From a virus (lineage: Duplodnaviria; Heunggongvirae; Uroviricota; Caudoviricetes), in the IMG/VR virus record IMGVR_UViG_3300045988_158394: 64,000 nucleotides of DNA; one strand, given 5' to 3'. The stretch's first letter is position 1, and every line of letters begins with the position of its first letter. The notes beneath the pieces are model-generated. The model saw only the letters and a list, made by a program, of their open reading frames with translations, searched no databases and was not told the origin of the DNA. A program made the translations under genes and the position numbers. Positions 1 to 12,085 of the stretch are shown here, piece by piece.

Positions 1-255
1 TGCAACGGTAGAGCCGCATGAAACAGGATCACCAACGCATACGATCCCTTTCCCGTTGACGGTAAACCATGCCCTGGTTGATATAGCTTGCCCGCCGTGT
101 GTGCTGTTCCCATCGGTATGCTGTGCATATTGCTTACCATCAACTAACACTTCGACTCCGTTGACTTTAAGTAGTGGTTCGCTCTCTACGGGAGGCCTGG
201 ATGGGAATCCTCCGTGCCCCGAACAAATGCTGTCTTTTGTTGCAATACTTGCCAC
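1..255 (-). CDS. Partial CDS (C-terminus beyond window start); PAAR-like spike-tip motif protein
   Basis: Minus-strand frame reads (V/M)ASIATKDSICSGHGGF...VNGKGIVCVGDPVSCGSTVA, resembling PAAR repeat proteins; start assumed GTG near 255; not in ORF track because it runs off the window edge. Confidence 0.3.
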   Translation of the reverse strand, partial: MASIATKDSICSGHGGFPSRPPVESEPLLKVNGVEVLVDGKQYAQHTDGNSTHGGQAISTRAWFTVNGKGIVCVGDPVSCGSTVA

Positions 256-336
256 GTCATCACCAATGATTTGCTCTGATTTTCGTTATTTTAACTTAGG
301 TTATTTGTGGTCTGTGTGGCGTTTACTTATTGCAAA

Positions 337-353
337 ATTGCTCTAATAAATAT
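337..353 (+). promoter_or_regulatory. C1 repressor operator-like site
   Basis: ATTGCTCTAATAAATAT matches the P1 C1 operator consensus ATTGCTCTAATAAATTT; lies upstream of the next gene. Confidence 0.55.
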
Positions 354-424
354 TGTTTTTTATGTCGTGTTTTCGGTACCATTCAGCCATCGCCCTTCAA
401 TGGGCATTTGTTTGGAGTCGTCAG

Positions 425-709
425 ATGCAGATGGAGCTAATAAGCCGCAAGGAGTTCGATAGCCGTGTAACCAGCGGTGAACTCGACAACTTGCAGGCTA
501 TCAAGGTGAAAGAAGGCTTTTGCCTCATTGGGAATCAGAGCGGAACAAATCGCGTTTTTATGCTTCGCCGTACGGATTTGAAGCCATTTGTCTGGAAGAA
601 CGAAATTGGTCCCAGCTCATACGCTCAAACGAGGGGGTGCCACAACCTGGCCTTTTTCTACAAAGACGAGCTTTCTGTGGTTGATATTCAAGGGTTACAA
701 CATGTTTAA
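425..709 (+). CDS. Hypothetical protein upstream of hrdC (uhr position)
   Basis: In-frame ATG pair at 425/431 inside ORF 353..709; stop overlaps the RdgC-homolog start; operator immediately upstream. Confidence 0.4.
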   Translation: MQMELISRKEFDSRVTSGELDNLQAIKVKEGFCLIGNQSGTNRVFMLRRTDLKPFVWKNEIGPSSYAQTRGCHNLAFFYKDELSVVDIQGLQHV

Positions 710-1607
710 GCACTGGAAAAACATTACTATTTATAAACTTTCTCGTGAGGCGGATCTGACCGACTTAGAAGATAAAAAGAAAATGATCCTTTTCACGCCA
801 TGCGGTAGTCAGGATATGGCCAAGTTCGGTTTTGTATCTCCATTTGGTGATAATTCCGAAGTTATCGCTATGCATGGAAATGGTTTTATCCTTGTTGAAG
901 CAAAGCGCGAAACAAAAATTCTTCCCCCGCCGGTTATCCAGCGAGCTATTCAAGAAAAAATTGAAAAACTTGAGCAAGAACAAGCGCGTAAACTGAAGAA
1001 AACAGAGAAGGACTCCCTGAAAGACGAAGTTCTGCATTCTCTTCTGCCACGGGCTTTTTCAAAGTTTTCTGTTATCCAGGCGATCTACGACGGTTCAACT
1101 AAACGTATCTATATCAATGCCAGCGCGCGGCAGGCAGAGGATATGCTCGCGCTTATGCGTAAGTCTCTGGGTTCTCTTCCTGTTGTTCCCCTGAGTGTTG
1201 AAAATCCCATTGAATTAACGCTGACCGACTGGGTACGTGATGGTAGTGCTCCACAGGGATTTCAAATGGGGGATGCGGCAGAACTTAAGGCAGTGCTTGA
1301 GGATGGCGGTATTGCCCGAGTGAAAAAGCAGGATTTGGGAAGCGATGAAATTTCCACACACCTGGAAGCTGGCAAGCTCGTCACTAAGTTGGCACTCGAC
1401 TGGCAGAACCGCATTAAATTTACACTGGACCATAACTTCAGCCTTACCAGCGTCAAATTTGCGGATGAATTGCTTGATCAGAACTCTGATATTGATAGTG
1501 AAGATGTAGCGCAGCGACTGGACGCAGATTTCTTCCTGTTGACCAGTGAAATTTCGTGCCTGGTTGATGCTCTGGTAAATGCCCTTGGTGGAGAGGCTAA
1601 GCAGTGA
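702..1607 (+). CDS. hrdC: RdgC-family recombination-associated protein homolog
   Basis: From MFKHWKN the protein aligns along its length with E. coli RdgC ([50 protein letters not shown]); ATG at 702 in frame inside ORF 588..1607. Confidence 0.85.
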   Translation: MFKHWKNITIYKLSREADLTDLEDKKKMILFTPCGSQDMAKFGFVSPFGDNSEVIAMHGNGFILVEAKRETKILPPPVIQRAIQEKIEKLEQEQARKLKKTEKDSLKDEVLHSLLPRAFSKFSVIQAIYDGSTKRIYINASARQAEDMLALMRKSLGSLPVVPLSVENPIELTLTDWVRDGSAPQGFQMGDAAELKAVLEDGGIARVKKQDLGSDEISTHLEAGKLVTKLALDWQNRIKFTLDHNFSLTSVKFADELLDQNSDIDSEDVAQRLDADFFLLTSEISCLVDALVNALGGEAKQ

Positions 1608-3868
1608 AAGAGCTGTGCTATGGATCTGTTTGCAGTGGAATTGAAGCCGCGAGTATTGCCTGGGAACCGTTGGGTATGCGTCCGGCGTGGTTTGCTGAAA
1701 TCGAGCCTTTTCCATCTGCCGTTCTTGCGCACCGCTGGCCCCATGTCGCCAACCTTGGCGACATGACAAAACTTGCCAAAAAAGTCCTGGCTGGGGAAAT
1801 CGAATCCCCTGATGTGCTCGTCGGGGGAACACCTTGTCAGGCATTCAGTATCGCTGGATTACGTGGTGGGCTTGATGATGAGCGTGGCGCGCTAACTTTA
1901 AAGTATGTGGAGCTTGCAAATGCAATTGACGACAAACGGGCTGAGTCATTTCTCAAACCGACAGTTATCGTCTGGGAAAATGTCCCAGGAGTCCTGTCAT
2001 CGGCAGATAACGCCTTCGGATGTTTCCTTGCCGGATTGGCTGGAGAAGATGCGCCATTTGAACCAGGTGATCGACCTGAATCAGGAAAAAGTAACGCGTT
2101 CTGGCGGTGGGATGGCAAAACCGGTTGCCATGCTCCAAAGTGGCCGCAGTGTGGTTGTATTTATGGACCGCAGCGAAAGGTGGCCTGGAGAATCCTTGAT
2201 GCCCAATACTTCGGAGTGGCACAACGACGCCGACGCGTGTTTGTTGTCGCAAGTGCTCGAACAGACCTCGATCCCGCAACGGTACTTTTTGAGTTCGAAG
2301 GCGTGCGCCGGAATATTGCGCCGAGCCGAAAAAAGAAGGAAATCGCTTCCGCCATTATTGCAAATGGCGCTGCAATCAGTGGCGAAAGCCTAAATCCATG
2401 CCTACACGCTGACATGCCACCCGGTATGAAATCGACGAAAGCCGTAAACGCTTTCAGGATGGCAGCATTTGGGGAATATATTGACGATGAAACCGCATCG
2501 ACAGTAAAGGCAAGAGATTTTAAAGATGCCACTGACCTTGCCGTTTTTAGCAGCACAGGAGCAGGTTTTTGGTCAGAAGGGCATGGTACATTGCGGGCAC
2601 GTGAGCAAGAAAGCCATGAGCATCTTGTTACATTGGCTTTTCCTGAGCGTATGAGCGGTACACAACATGCTGCAACTAAGAATACTTCACCATCTCTAAT
2701 GGCTAAAAATCCAACAGCTGTTTGCTATGAAGTAAGAAACGCAGAAGTAGCTGTCCGCCGTCTTACCCCTGTCGAATGTGAAAGGCTGCAAGGTTTTCCT
2801 GATGGGCATACGTTGATCCCGACGGAAAAGCGTAAAAAAGTTAATTCAGATGAACTGGCATATCTTCGCAATCACTATCCAGATTTAAGCGAAGAAGAGG
2901 CCGCGATGCTTGCATCTGACGGACCGCGTTACAAAGCGATCGGCAATAGTATGGCAATACCAGTAATGCGCTGGATTGGCGATCGGATTACTAAGGCCGT
3001 ATGTCGGCAGAAAGAAGTAAGTGAAACAAAAGAGCGAAAAGTTAAACCAGCGGCAGAATTCGAACGGTCCATATTCAAATGGGCTGGTGGAAAATTTGGT
3101 GTTCTGGAACAAATCTTTCGTTATTTGCCAGAAGGGAAGCGCCTGATTGAACCTTTCGTTGGTGGCGGAGCTGTCTTCATGAATGCCGGATACCAGGAAA
3201 ATCTGCTAAATGATGTGAATGCTGACCTGATTAACTTTTACAAGACTCTGCAACGCGAGGCGCATTCACTTATCACTCTGGCACATCGTTTCTTCCAGGA
3301 CTACAACACACAGGAAGGATACCTGGCAGTACGGAATGCGTTTAACAAACAAGTCTATGATGATTTACATCGCGCAGCGGCGTTTTTGTTCCTGAACCGA
3401 CATTGTTTTAACGGATTGACGCGTTACAACCAGGCCGGTGAGTTCAATGTCGGTTATGGGAAGTATAAAACTCCGTATTTCCCATTACAGGAGATGGAAG
3501 CCTTCCTCGGTGCGGAAGGGTGTTCTGAGTTTGTATGTGGTGATTTTGCTGCGGTGATTGAAGCTGCCGGAGAAGGAGATGTCATTTTTTGCGATCCGCC
3601 ATATGAACCGCTTCCAAATACAGAGGGATTCACGAACTATTCCGGTCATGACTTTAAGTTTGAAGAGCAAAAACGCCTGGTGTCTCTGTTGACGGATGCT
3701 CATCGCCGAGGTGCAAAGGTTCTCATTACTAACAGTGGCGCGCCAAACATCAGAGAGCTTTATCATGACAATGGCTTCAGAGTGGAACCTCTTTTTGCCA
3801 GACGTTCTGTGTCTTGTAAGGGGGACACTCGAGGTGTAGCTCATGACGTTTTGAGTATATTGCTCTAA
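1604..3868 (+). CDS. dmt: Bifunctional DNA methyltransferase (N-terminal C5-cytosine MTase + C-terminal Dam-like N6-adenine MTase)
   Basis: 754 aa; C5-MTase PCQ motif ([12 protein letters not shown]) and ENV motif (VIVWENVPG); C-terminal FVGGGAVF and DPPY (CDPPYEP); size and position match P1 Dmt; GTG start overlapping hrdC stop. Confidence 0.85.
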   Translation: MKELCYGSVCSGIEAASIAWEPLGMRPAWFAEIEPFPSAVLAHRWPHVANLGDMTKLAKKVLAGEIESPDVLVGGTPCQAFSIAGLRGGLDDERGALTLKYVELANAIDDKRAESFLKPTVIVWENVPGVLSSADNAFGCFLAGLAGEDAPFEPGDRPESGKSNAFWRWDGKTGCHAPKWPQCGCIYGPQRKVAWRILDAQYFGVAQRRRRVFVVASARTDLDPATVLFEFEGVRRNIAPSRKKKEIASAIIANGAAISGESLNPCLHADMPPGMKSTKAVNAFRMAAFGEYIDDETASTVKARDFKDATDLAVFSSTGAGFWSEGHGTLRAREQESHEHLVTLAFPERMSGTQHAATKNTSPSLMAKNPTAVCYEVRNAEVAVRRLTPVECERLQGFPDGHTLIPTEKRKKVNSDELAYLRNHYPDLSEEEAAMLASDGPRYKAIGNSMAIPVMRWIGDRITKAVCRQKEVSETKERKVKPAAEFERSIFKWAGGKFGVLEQIFRYLPEGKRLIEPFVGGGAVFMNAGYQENLLNDVNADLINFYKTLQREAHSLITLAHRFFQDYNTQEGYLAVRNAFNKQVYDDLHRAAAFLFLNRHCFNGLTRYNQAGEFNVGYGKYKTPYFPLQEMEAFLGAEGCSEFVCGDFAAVIEAAGEGDVIFCDPPYEPLPNTEGFTNYSGHDFKFEEQKRLVSLLTDAHRRGAKVLITNSGAPNIRELYHDNGFRVEPLFARRSVSCKGDTRGVAHDVLSILL

Positions 3869-3887
3869 TAAATTTATTAGTGTAATA
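3859..3887 (+). promoter_or_regulatory. C1 operator pair (overlapping, inverted) at dmt stop
   Basis: ATTGCTCTAATAAATTT followed by an overlapping AAATTTATTAGTGTAAT inverted copy (15/17 match); likely C1-controlled promoter of the downstream tRNA-tci-ban operon. Confidence 0.55.
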
Positions 3888-4052
3888 TCGCCTCAATGAA
3901 TCGTGATTTATAGATCGATTTAGCTGTTAGCCGCGACAGGCGCGGCGGCAAGTATGGCGGGGTAGTGACTCCTTCCCCCTCATGACGCCGAGTTGCCAGG
4001 TTGACCATACGCCTAAGTGGCAACACCGAAGTGCGTTACGAGCTTCCAGTTT

Positions 4053-4078
4053 GCCCATCTTCGGGTGGGCGTTTTTTT
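4053..4078 (+). terminator. Rho-independent terminator-like hairpin in operon leader
   Basis: gcccatc-ttcg-ggtgggc stem-loop followed by a run of 7 T. Confidence 0.5.
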
Positions 4079-4543
4079 CAGGGTTTTCGTCATGGTTAGC
4101 GACTTTGCGGCGTTTTAGAAACTGACCATTAAAGTAAATGCAAACGATGATCTGATGATGGTAGCGGCCTAAGAAGCCAGACGCCACGGGGTATGAGTCG
4201 TCCCCCGTCAAAAAATCGACCGCAGAGTGTCCCCGTCTGTGTATTAGGGAACGGGGAGGCACAACAGGTAAGGGCGCTGGTGTGATTAACCAGATGAACG
4301 AGAAGGGGCCATCTGTTGGTCAGCGTCCTTTCCTGTTGCGTCTTCTTTTCAGCGTAACAGCGGTGCTTAACAGCACTTTGGGTACAGTTCCACGAATTTA
4401 CGGGTATATCCCGTCATGCTGAAAGCGCTAATCACGCTGGAAGCCAGGGTTATGCATCCCCTGTTACCGAATTGCAGCCAGGGCGCGGTGCGCCGAAAAG
4501 CATACGGAGGTGGAAGCCCTCGCCGGAGACGTACCCGGCAAGT

Positions 4544-4619
4544 GATGGTGTAGCTCAGCGGTTAGAGCGGTTGACTGTTAATCAACGGGTCGATGGTTCA
4601 AATCCATCCACCATCGCCA
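4544..4619 (+). tRNA. trnA: tRNA-Asn (anticodon GTT)
   Basis: Canonical cloverleaf read by eye: acceptor gatggtg/caccatc, D-arm gctcagcggttagagc, anticodon loop CTGTTAA, T-loop TTCAAAT, 3' CCA encoded. Confidence 0.85.
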
Positions 4620-4621
4620 AT

Positions 4622-4697
4622 GCCGGTTTAGCTCAGTTGGTAGAGCGCCTGCCTTGTAAGCAGGATGTCAGCGGTTCGAGTCCGTTAATCGGCACCA
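4622..4697 (+). tRNA. trnT: tRNA-Thr (anticodon TGT)
   Basis: Acceptor gccggtt/aatcggc, D-arm gctcagttggtagagc, anticodon loop CTTGTAA, T-loop TTCGAGT, CCA encoded; 2 bp after tRNA-Asn. Confidence 0.85.
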
Positions 4698-5118
4698 GCA
4701 CAACAGGTAAGGGTATTTTGCGACGTCGGAGATCGCCGAGCTTGGCAGAGGGTTCGAATCCCTACGAAGTACCCTTACCGTTGTGATGAAGTGCAGCTCT
4801 TAGAAGCAACCAGAAGATAAGCATCTGGCTTCACAACATAAACCGCAGGAACGACCAATAAACGGTAGTCCGTATGGAGAACACCCCGTTGAGGAAGAGG
4901 CCTGGCCGGAACCGTAACCGGCACTACAACGTTGAGAACATTGGCGTAACGGGGTCATATCCCAATCTATGAATAAATGTTGCGTTGCCGCGTGACAACC
5001 AGTGTTCTCAACATTGTGGTGAATGCACAGGCTGATGTGCCGCAACTACAGTAGTGCGCGCTTTGCGGGGCTTGCTACAACCCTGTGTCGGAGTTCAGCA
5101 CCGACCACCACAATCACT

Positions 5119-5205
5119 GGAGAGTAGGGAGCATGGTGCTCAAGCGGTCTTGAAAACCGTCCCATAGCGCAAGCGATGATGGTTCGATTCCATTACTCTC
5201 CGCCA
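5119..5205 (+). tRNA. Candidate type-II tRNA, Ser(UGA)-like, with atypical short D-arm
   Basis: 7-bp acceptor ggagagt/actctcc + G + CCA; T-arm gatgg-ttcgatt-ccatt; anticodon arm gcggtCTTGAAAaccgt resembling E. coli tRNA-Ser(UGA); long variable arm; D-arm only about 4 bp with a 5-nt loop. Confidence 0.4.
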
Positions 5206-5468
5206 GCGCAACGTTAAGAGTATTTGGCTAATTAAGCGAATGCCGGAAGCAGAACCGGATCAACAAATGCGTACAGGCGTCATCGCCGCCCAGCCAGCCA
5301 AGTGCTCTTACCATTGCGGTGAATGCGGCTAAGCGCACGCGGGGAAATGGTTATATCAGTCCATTCATTTCTCCTTGTTTCCCCGTCCACGGTGGATAAC
5401 CAGCCAAAGGACACCGGGAGGCACCCGGCACCGCAACCTTATTTCCCAACCAGTAATGAGGTTAATAA

Positions 5469-5894
5469 ATGCTCGGCATTCTCAAAAAGAAATTCCGCAA
5501 AGCGGCTGGCGGAGTCAAGAAGATGGAAAACCGTGATGCGGTGGAAGCGACTGTCTGGGGCGCATATTCCATTGCATACTCTGACGGCACCTGCGATGCG
5601 AAAGAAATTGCAGTATTGGAAAAAACCATTGCAGCACTTCCTGCCTTTGCGCCGTTCTCCGGTGAAATTGCCCAGATGAGCGCCAATATTCGCGCTCAAT
5701 ATGAAGCCTCGCCGCGCCGAGCGAATGCCCAGGCTTTACGTGAACTGGCTGACGTGTCTGGAACTAATGATGCGGTAGATGTTCTGTGCCTATGCATTGA
5801 TATTGCTGACCAGGATGGCATTGGGGCAGAAGAGCAGGAGCAATTGAAGAAAATTGCCCAGGCTCTTCAATTGCCACTGGAACAGTATATCTGA
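5469..5894 (+). CDS. tciA: TerB-like (tellurite-resistance family) protein
   Basis: 141 aa; TerB-like repeats (DGTCDAKEIAVLEK, DQDGIGAEEQEQLKKIA); sits at the P1 tciA position after the tRNA pair. Confidence 0.65.
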   Translation: MLGILKKKFRKAAGGVKKMENRDAVEATVWGAYSIAYSDGTCDAKEIAVLEKTIAALPAFAPFSGEIAQMSANIRAQYEASPRRANAQALRELADVSGTNDAVDVLCLCIDIADQDGIGAEEQEQLKKIAQALQLPLEQYI

Positions 5895-6058
5895 TGGTTA
5901 TAAAAGCACGTCTAATTCTGGCTTTGGTTTTTCTCGTGCTATCTGTGCTGGTGGATTTCACCAGCACAATCCTGTCGGTTTTATCCGACGGGGCGTTGGT
6001 AGCAGTAGCTGTAACATTGGTATGGCCGATATTTAAACCAGCCTCGAAGGATCAGTGA
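5894..6058 (+). CDS. tciB: Small membrane protein (54 aa), translationally coupled to tciA
   Basis: ATG overlaps the tciA stop (ctgATGg); MVIKARLILALVFLVLSVLVDFTSTILSVLSDGALVAVAVTLVWPIFKPASKDQ; below the ORF-track size cutoff. Confidence 0.45.
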   Translation: MVIKARLILALVFLVLSVLVDFTSTILSVLSDGALVAVAVTLVWPIFKPASKDQ

Positions 6059-6165
6059 TGAGCTTCTGGGATTTTGCAGATAAGTATCCAATTGTTCTCA
6101 TTATCATTGTTGCCATAGTTGTAGGCGGTATTGTTAGCGCCATTGAAGCACTTAGGAAACAGTAA
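6058..6165 (+). CDS. tciC: Small membrane protein (35 aa), translationally coupled
   Basis: ATG overlaps the previous stop (gTGATGa); MSFWDFADKYPIVLIIIVAIVVGGIVSAIEALRKQ; stop abuts the following tRNA. Confidence 0.45.
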   Translation: MSFWDFADKYPIVLIIIVAIVVGGIVSAIEALRKQ

Positions 6166-6168
6166 TCC

Positions 6169-6244
6169 GGCCCTTTAGCTCAGTGGTTAGAGCTGGCGAC
6201 TCATAATCGCACGGTCACCGGTTCAAGTCCGGTAGGGGCCACCA
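6169..6244 (+). tRNA. trnI: tRNA-Ile2-like (anticodon CAT, lysidine type)
   Basis: Near-identical in my recollection to E. coli ileX (GGCCCCTTAGCTCAGTGGTTAGAGC...GACTCATAATCGC...GGTTCAAGTCC...GGGGCCACCA); anticodon loop CTCATAA. Confidence 0.85.
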
Positions 6245-6529
6245 TATTTGGTTGTAACACGGCGTCTGGCACATGCGTCGTTAGCGGTCTGGTGACGTTA
6301 AAGGGGTTACCTTTTCCCCTAGCTCAGGCAACAAACCAGGTAGCCGGAATGTGCAAGTCACCGTTGGAGGGATAGCGGATACAGGGACTCACCATCCTGG
6401 CGATTCGGTGTGACAGTCGGGAAGAGTCCGGCGCATTAATCCTGATTTTCTGGTGATGACTCATATCGTTAGGAGTGATTTGAGTATGCCGATTATATCT
6501 GACATTCAGCACGCCTGGGTGGAGTGCTA

Positions 6530-7894
6530 ATGTCTGCATCCCCTCTTGAATCCATGCCAAATTCCCTTAGTGCAGAACAAGCTGTACTTGGTGGCTTAAT
6601 GCTTGATAACTGCCGCTGGGATGAAGTTGCAGATCGTATAGTTGCTGATGATTTTTATACCAGTGCTCATCGTGAAATTTTCGGTGAGATGGAGAGGTTA
6701 TTAAGTCATGGCAAACCGATTGATTTGATAACACTTGCTGAAGCACTTGAACAGAACGGTAAATTAGAACGCGCCGGTGGTTTTGCGTACCTTGCGGAGA
6801 TGTCAAAGAACACGCCCAGCGCGGCAAATATTTGTGCTTATGCGGATATCGTTCGTGAACGCGCGGTTGTTCGTGAAATGATTTCCGTCGCAAATGAAAT
6901 AGCCGAAGCTGGATATGCGCAGGATGGCAGGGGCAGCAATGAATTGCTGGATATGGCCGAGCGCCGCGTTTTTGAAATAGCTGAAAAACGACAAAAGAGC
7001 GGTAGTGGTCCAAAAGATATCGCCAGCATTCTCGATGCAACGGTATCTCGCATAGAAGAGTTGTTTCAGCGACCGCATGATGGTGTAACGGGGCTTGATA
7101 CCGGATTTACCGATCTCAATAAGAAGACGGCAGGACTTCAGGCGTCCGATCTCATTATTGTCGCCGCCCGCCCATCGATGGGGAAGACTACGTTTGCGAT
7201 GAATCTCGTCGAAAATGCCGCAGTCCGTAACGATAAGCCCGTATTGGTTTTTAGCCTTGAGATGCCGAGCCACCAGCTGATGATGCGCTCACTGGCTTCT
7301 CTTGCACGCGTTGATCAGACTCGTATTCGGACAGGGCAACTTAACGACGAGGATTGGGCGCGGGTTTCTGGCGCAATGGGGATTCTGTTGGACAAGCAGA
7401 ATATTTTTATTGATGACTCAAGCGCCCTGACACCTACAGAGCTTCGTTCCCGCGCTCGTCGTGTTTATAAAGAAAATGGTGGTTTGAGCATGATTATGAT
7501 CGACTACCTGCAACTTATGCGCGTCCCCGAGCTGCAAGATAACCGAACGCTGGAAATTGCCGAGATTTCTCGCTCACTGAAGGCTTTGGCGAAGGAATTA
7601 CAAGTACCGGTGGTGGCATTGTCACAACTTAATCGATCGCTTGAACAGCGTGCGGACAAACGACCGGTAAATTCAGATTTACGTGAATCAGGAGCAATTG
7701 AGCAGGACGCAGACCTGATCATGTTTCTGTATCGCGACGAAGTTTATCACCCGGATAGCGAAATGAAGGGCATTGCCGAGGTGATTATCGGTAAGCAACG
7801 AAATGGCCCAATTGGCACGGTGAGATTGGCTTTTAACGGCCAATACTCACGGTTTGATAACTATGCTGGTGCTGACTGGCAAGAGGATTATTAA
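6530..7894 (+). CDS. ban: DnaB-family replicative helicase (Ban)
   Basis: DnaB N-terminal domain, Walker A ARPSMGKTTFAMN, Walker B MIMIDYLQLM, arginine finger region; probable ATG at 6530 inside ORF 6524..7894. Confidence 0.9.
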   Translation: MSASPLESMPNSLSAEQAVLGGLMLDNCRWDEVADRIVADDFYTSAHREIFGEMERLLSHGKPIDLITLAEALEQNGKLERAGGFAYLAEMSKNTPSAANICAYADIVRERAVVREMISVANEIAEAGYAQDGRGSNELLDMAERRVFEIAEKRQKSGSGPKDIASILDATVSRIEELFQRPHDGVTGLDTGFTDLNKKTAGLQASDLIIVAARPSMGKTTFAMNLVENAAVRNDKPVLVFSLEMPSHQLMMRSLASLARVDQTRIRTGQLNDEDWARVSGAMGILLDKQNIFIDDSSALTPTELRSRARRVYKENGGLSMIMIDYLQLMRVPELQDNRTLEIAEISRSLKALAKELQVPVVALSQLNRSLEQRADKRPVNSDLRESGAIEQDADLIMFLYRDEVYHPDSEMKGIAEVIIGKQRNGPIGTVRLAFNGQYSRFDNYAGADWQEDY

Positions 7895-8892
7895 TGCAAT
7901 GGAATGAGGAAAAGCCGATGAACATCCTGATCATTGGGCGAAAATTTGAAGCTATCAGTGATGTGAAAACATATACGGAAATGTGGGCTTACAACCTGGC
8001 CTGCGCCTTTAGTGAGGCTGGGGTAACATTGCAATACCATCGTCCATATTCTCCCGGCGTCGAAAGCCCGGAGGATTATGTTGAAGCTGTGTTGACCGCT
8101 GCGACCTCGTGTTCTGCGAAAGCCATTTTAGCGCCAGGATTGCGGTATTTTACTACGGTGCCCAGGGAAATAGGCGTGCAACTGCGTCGTCGATTCACTG
8201 GATGGGTAGCCCAGGTATACGACGGTTCTATGCTGGATTCGGCACCAGTCGATATTACTTTTACTGTCCGCGATGATACCTGGCGGTACCTGGATAATCC
8301 AGGCAGGTTAGAGCGTCATAATCGCTTTAACAAACATGTTGGATGGGCAGCGAATCAGGATCTGTTCCATCTGGAAACCAAAACAGACGATGTTCTGCGT
8401 ATTTTTGTAGACCACGCTGCATTTGATGTTAGTGGGTTTGATCACTCCTTAAGTATCCTTATGAACCTTCAGCGTCTGACCGTTCCGTATGAGGCCAGAA
8501 CGTTGACCGATGACGGATTGATTACCATTGATCCGGGGAATATATCGGTAACCCCATACAGACGGACGCCGGTACCAGCAACCGAATTTGCAGCTGAATT
8601 GCGTAAGAGTGACGTGTTTATCGTTACGCATCCCGAAAGCCTTGGATTAACTGTACTTGAGGCGGCAATGTGCGGGGCGTTGGTATTAACGCCTCCCGAT
8701 TGCCTTCCGCCAGATCGCCTGGCTTTGGTGAACCATATGGTTATCAAGTCGCGGATTGATTGGGATGAGGTTATTGCTCGCGTTGATCGCGTGAAAAATG
8801 CTGAAAAGGTCCAGTGTCACACCTGGTCGGCAATTGCGGAAAAGATGCTTGAGACGTTTATCACGCAGAAACCGTCGCGCGGTAACGGATAA
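7894..8892 (+). CDS. dbn: Hypothetical protein downstream of ban (dbn position); possible glycosyltransferase-like C-terminal fold
   Basis: 332 aa, start overlaps ban stop; C-terminal ESLGLTVLEAAMCGALVLTP resembles the GT1 family E-x7-E region (weak). Confidence 0.45.
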   Translation: MQWNEEKPMNILIIGRKFEAISDVKTYTEMWAYNLACAFSEAGVTLQYHRPYSPGVESPEDYVEAVLTAATSCSAKAILAPGLRYFTTVPREIGVQLRRRFTGWVAQVYDGSMLDSAPVDITFTVRDDTWRYLDNPGRLERHNRFNKHVGWAANQDLFHLETKTDDVLRIFVDHAAFDVSGFDHSLSILMNLQRLTVPYEARTLTDDGLITIDPGNISVTPYRRTPVPATEFAAELRKSDVFIVTHPESLGLTVLEAAMCGALVLTPPDCLPPDRLALVNHMVIKSRIDWDEVIARVDRVKNAEKVQCHTWSAIAEKMLETFITQKPSRGNG

Positions 8893-8914
8893 AAAATTGA
8901 ACCCGTCATAACAG

Positions 8915-8938
8915 AAAAGCCCGAACGCCGGGCTTTTC

Positions 8939-8940
<2 letters not shown>
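8915..8940. terminator. Bidirectional rho-independent terminator between convergent dbn and baseplate genes
   Basis: aaagcccg-aacg-ccgggcttt hairpin flanked by A-run upstream and T-run downstream. Confidence 0.6.

Positions 8941-12085
<3,145 letters not shown>

Noticed and set aside
3927-4262. 111-aa minus-strand ORF in the dmt-tRNA spacer
   Set aside because: Lies antisense in a GC-rich, hairpin-dense leader with a terminator; Arg/Cys/His-rich composition typical of a spurious frame
4706-4780. Third canonical tRNA directly after tRNA-Thr
   Set aside because: Has acceptor-like and T-arm helices but no space for an anticodon arm, plus 7 extra nt between the T-arm and the 3' acceptor strand; kept only as a tRNA-like remnant in the findings
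4472-4786. 104-aa plus-strand ORF
   Set aside because: Entirely overlaps the tRNA-Asn and tRNA-Thr genes and the tRNA-like element; reads as a translated structured RNA, not a protein
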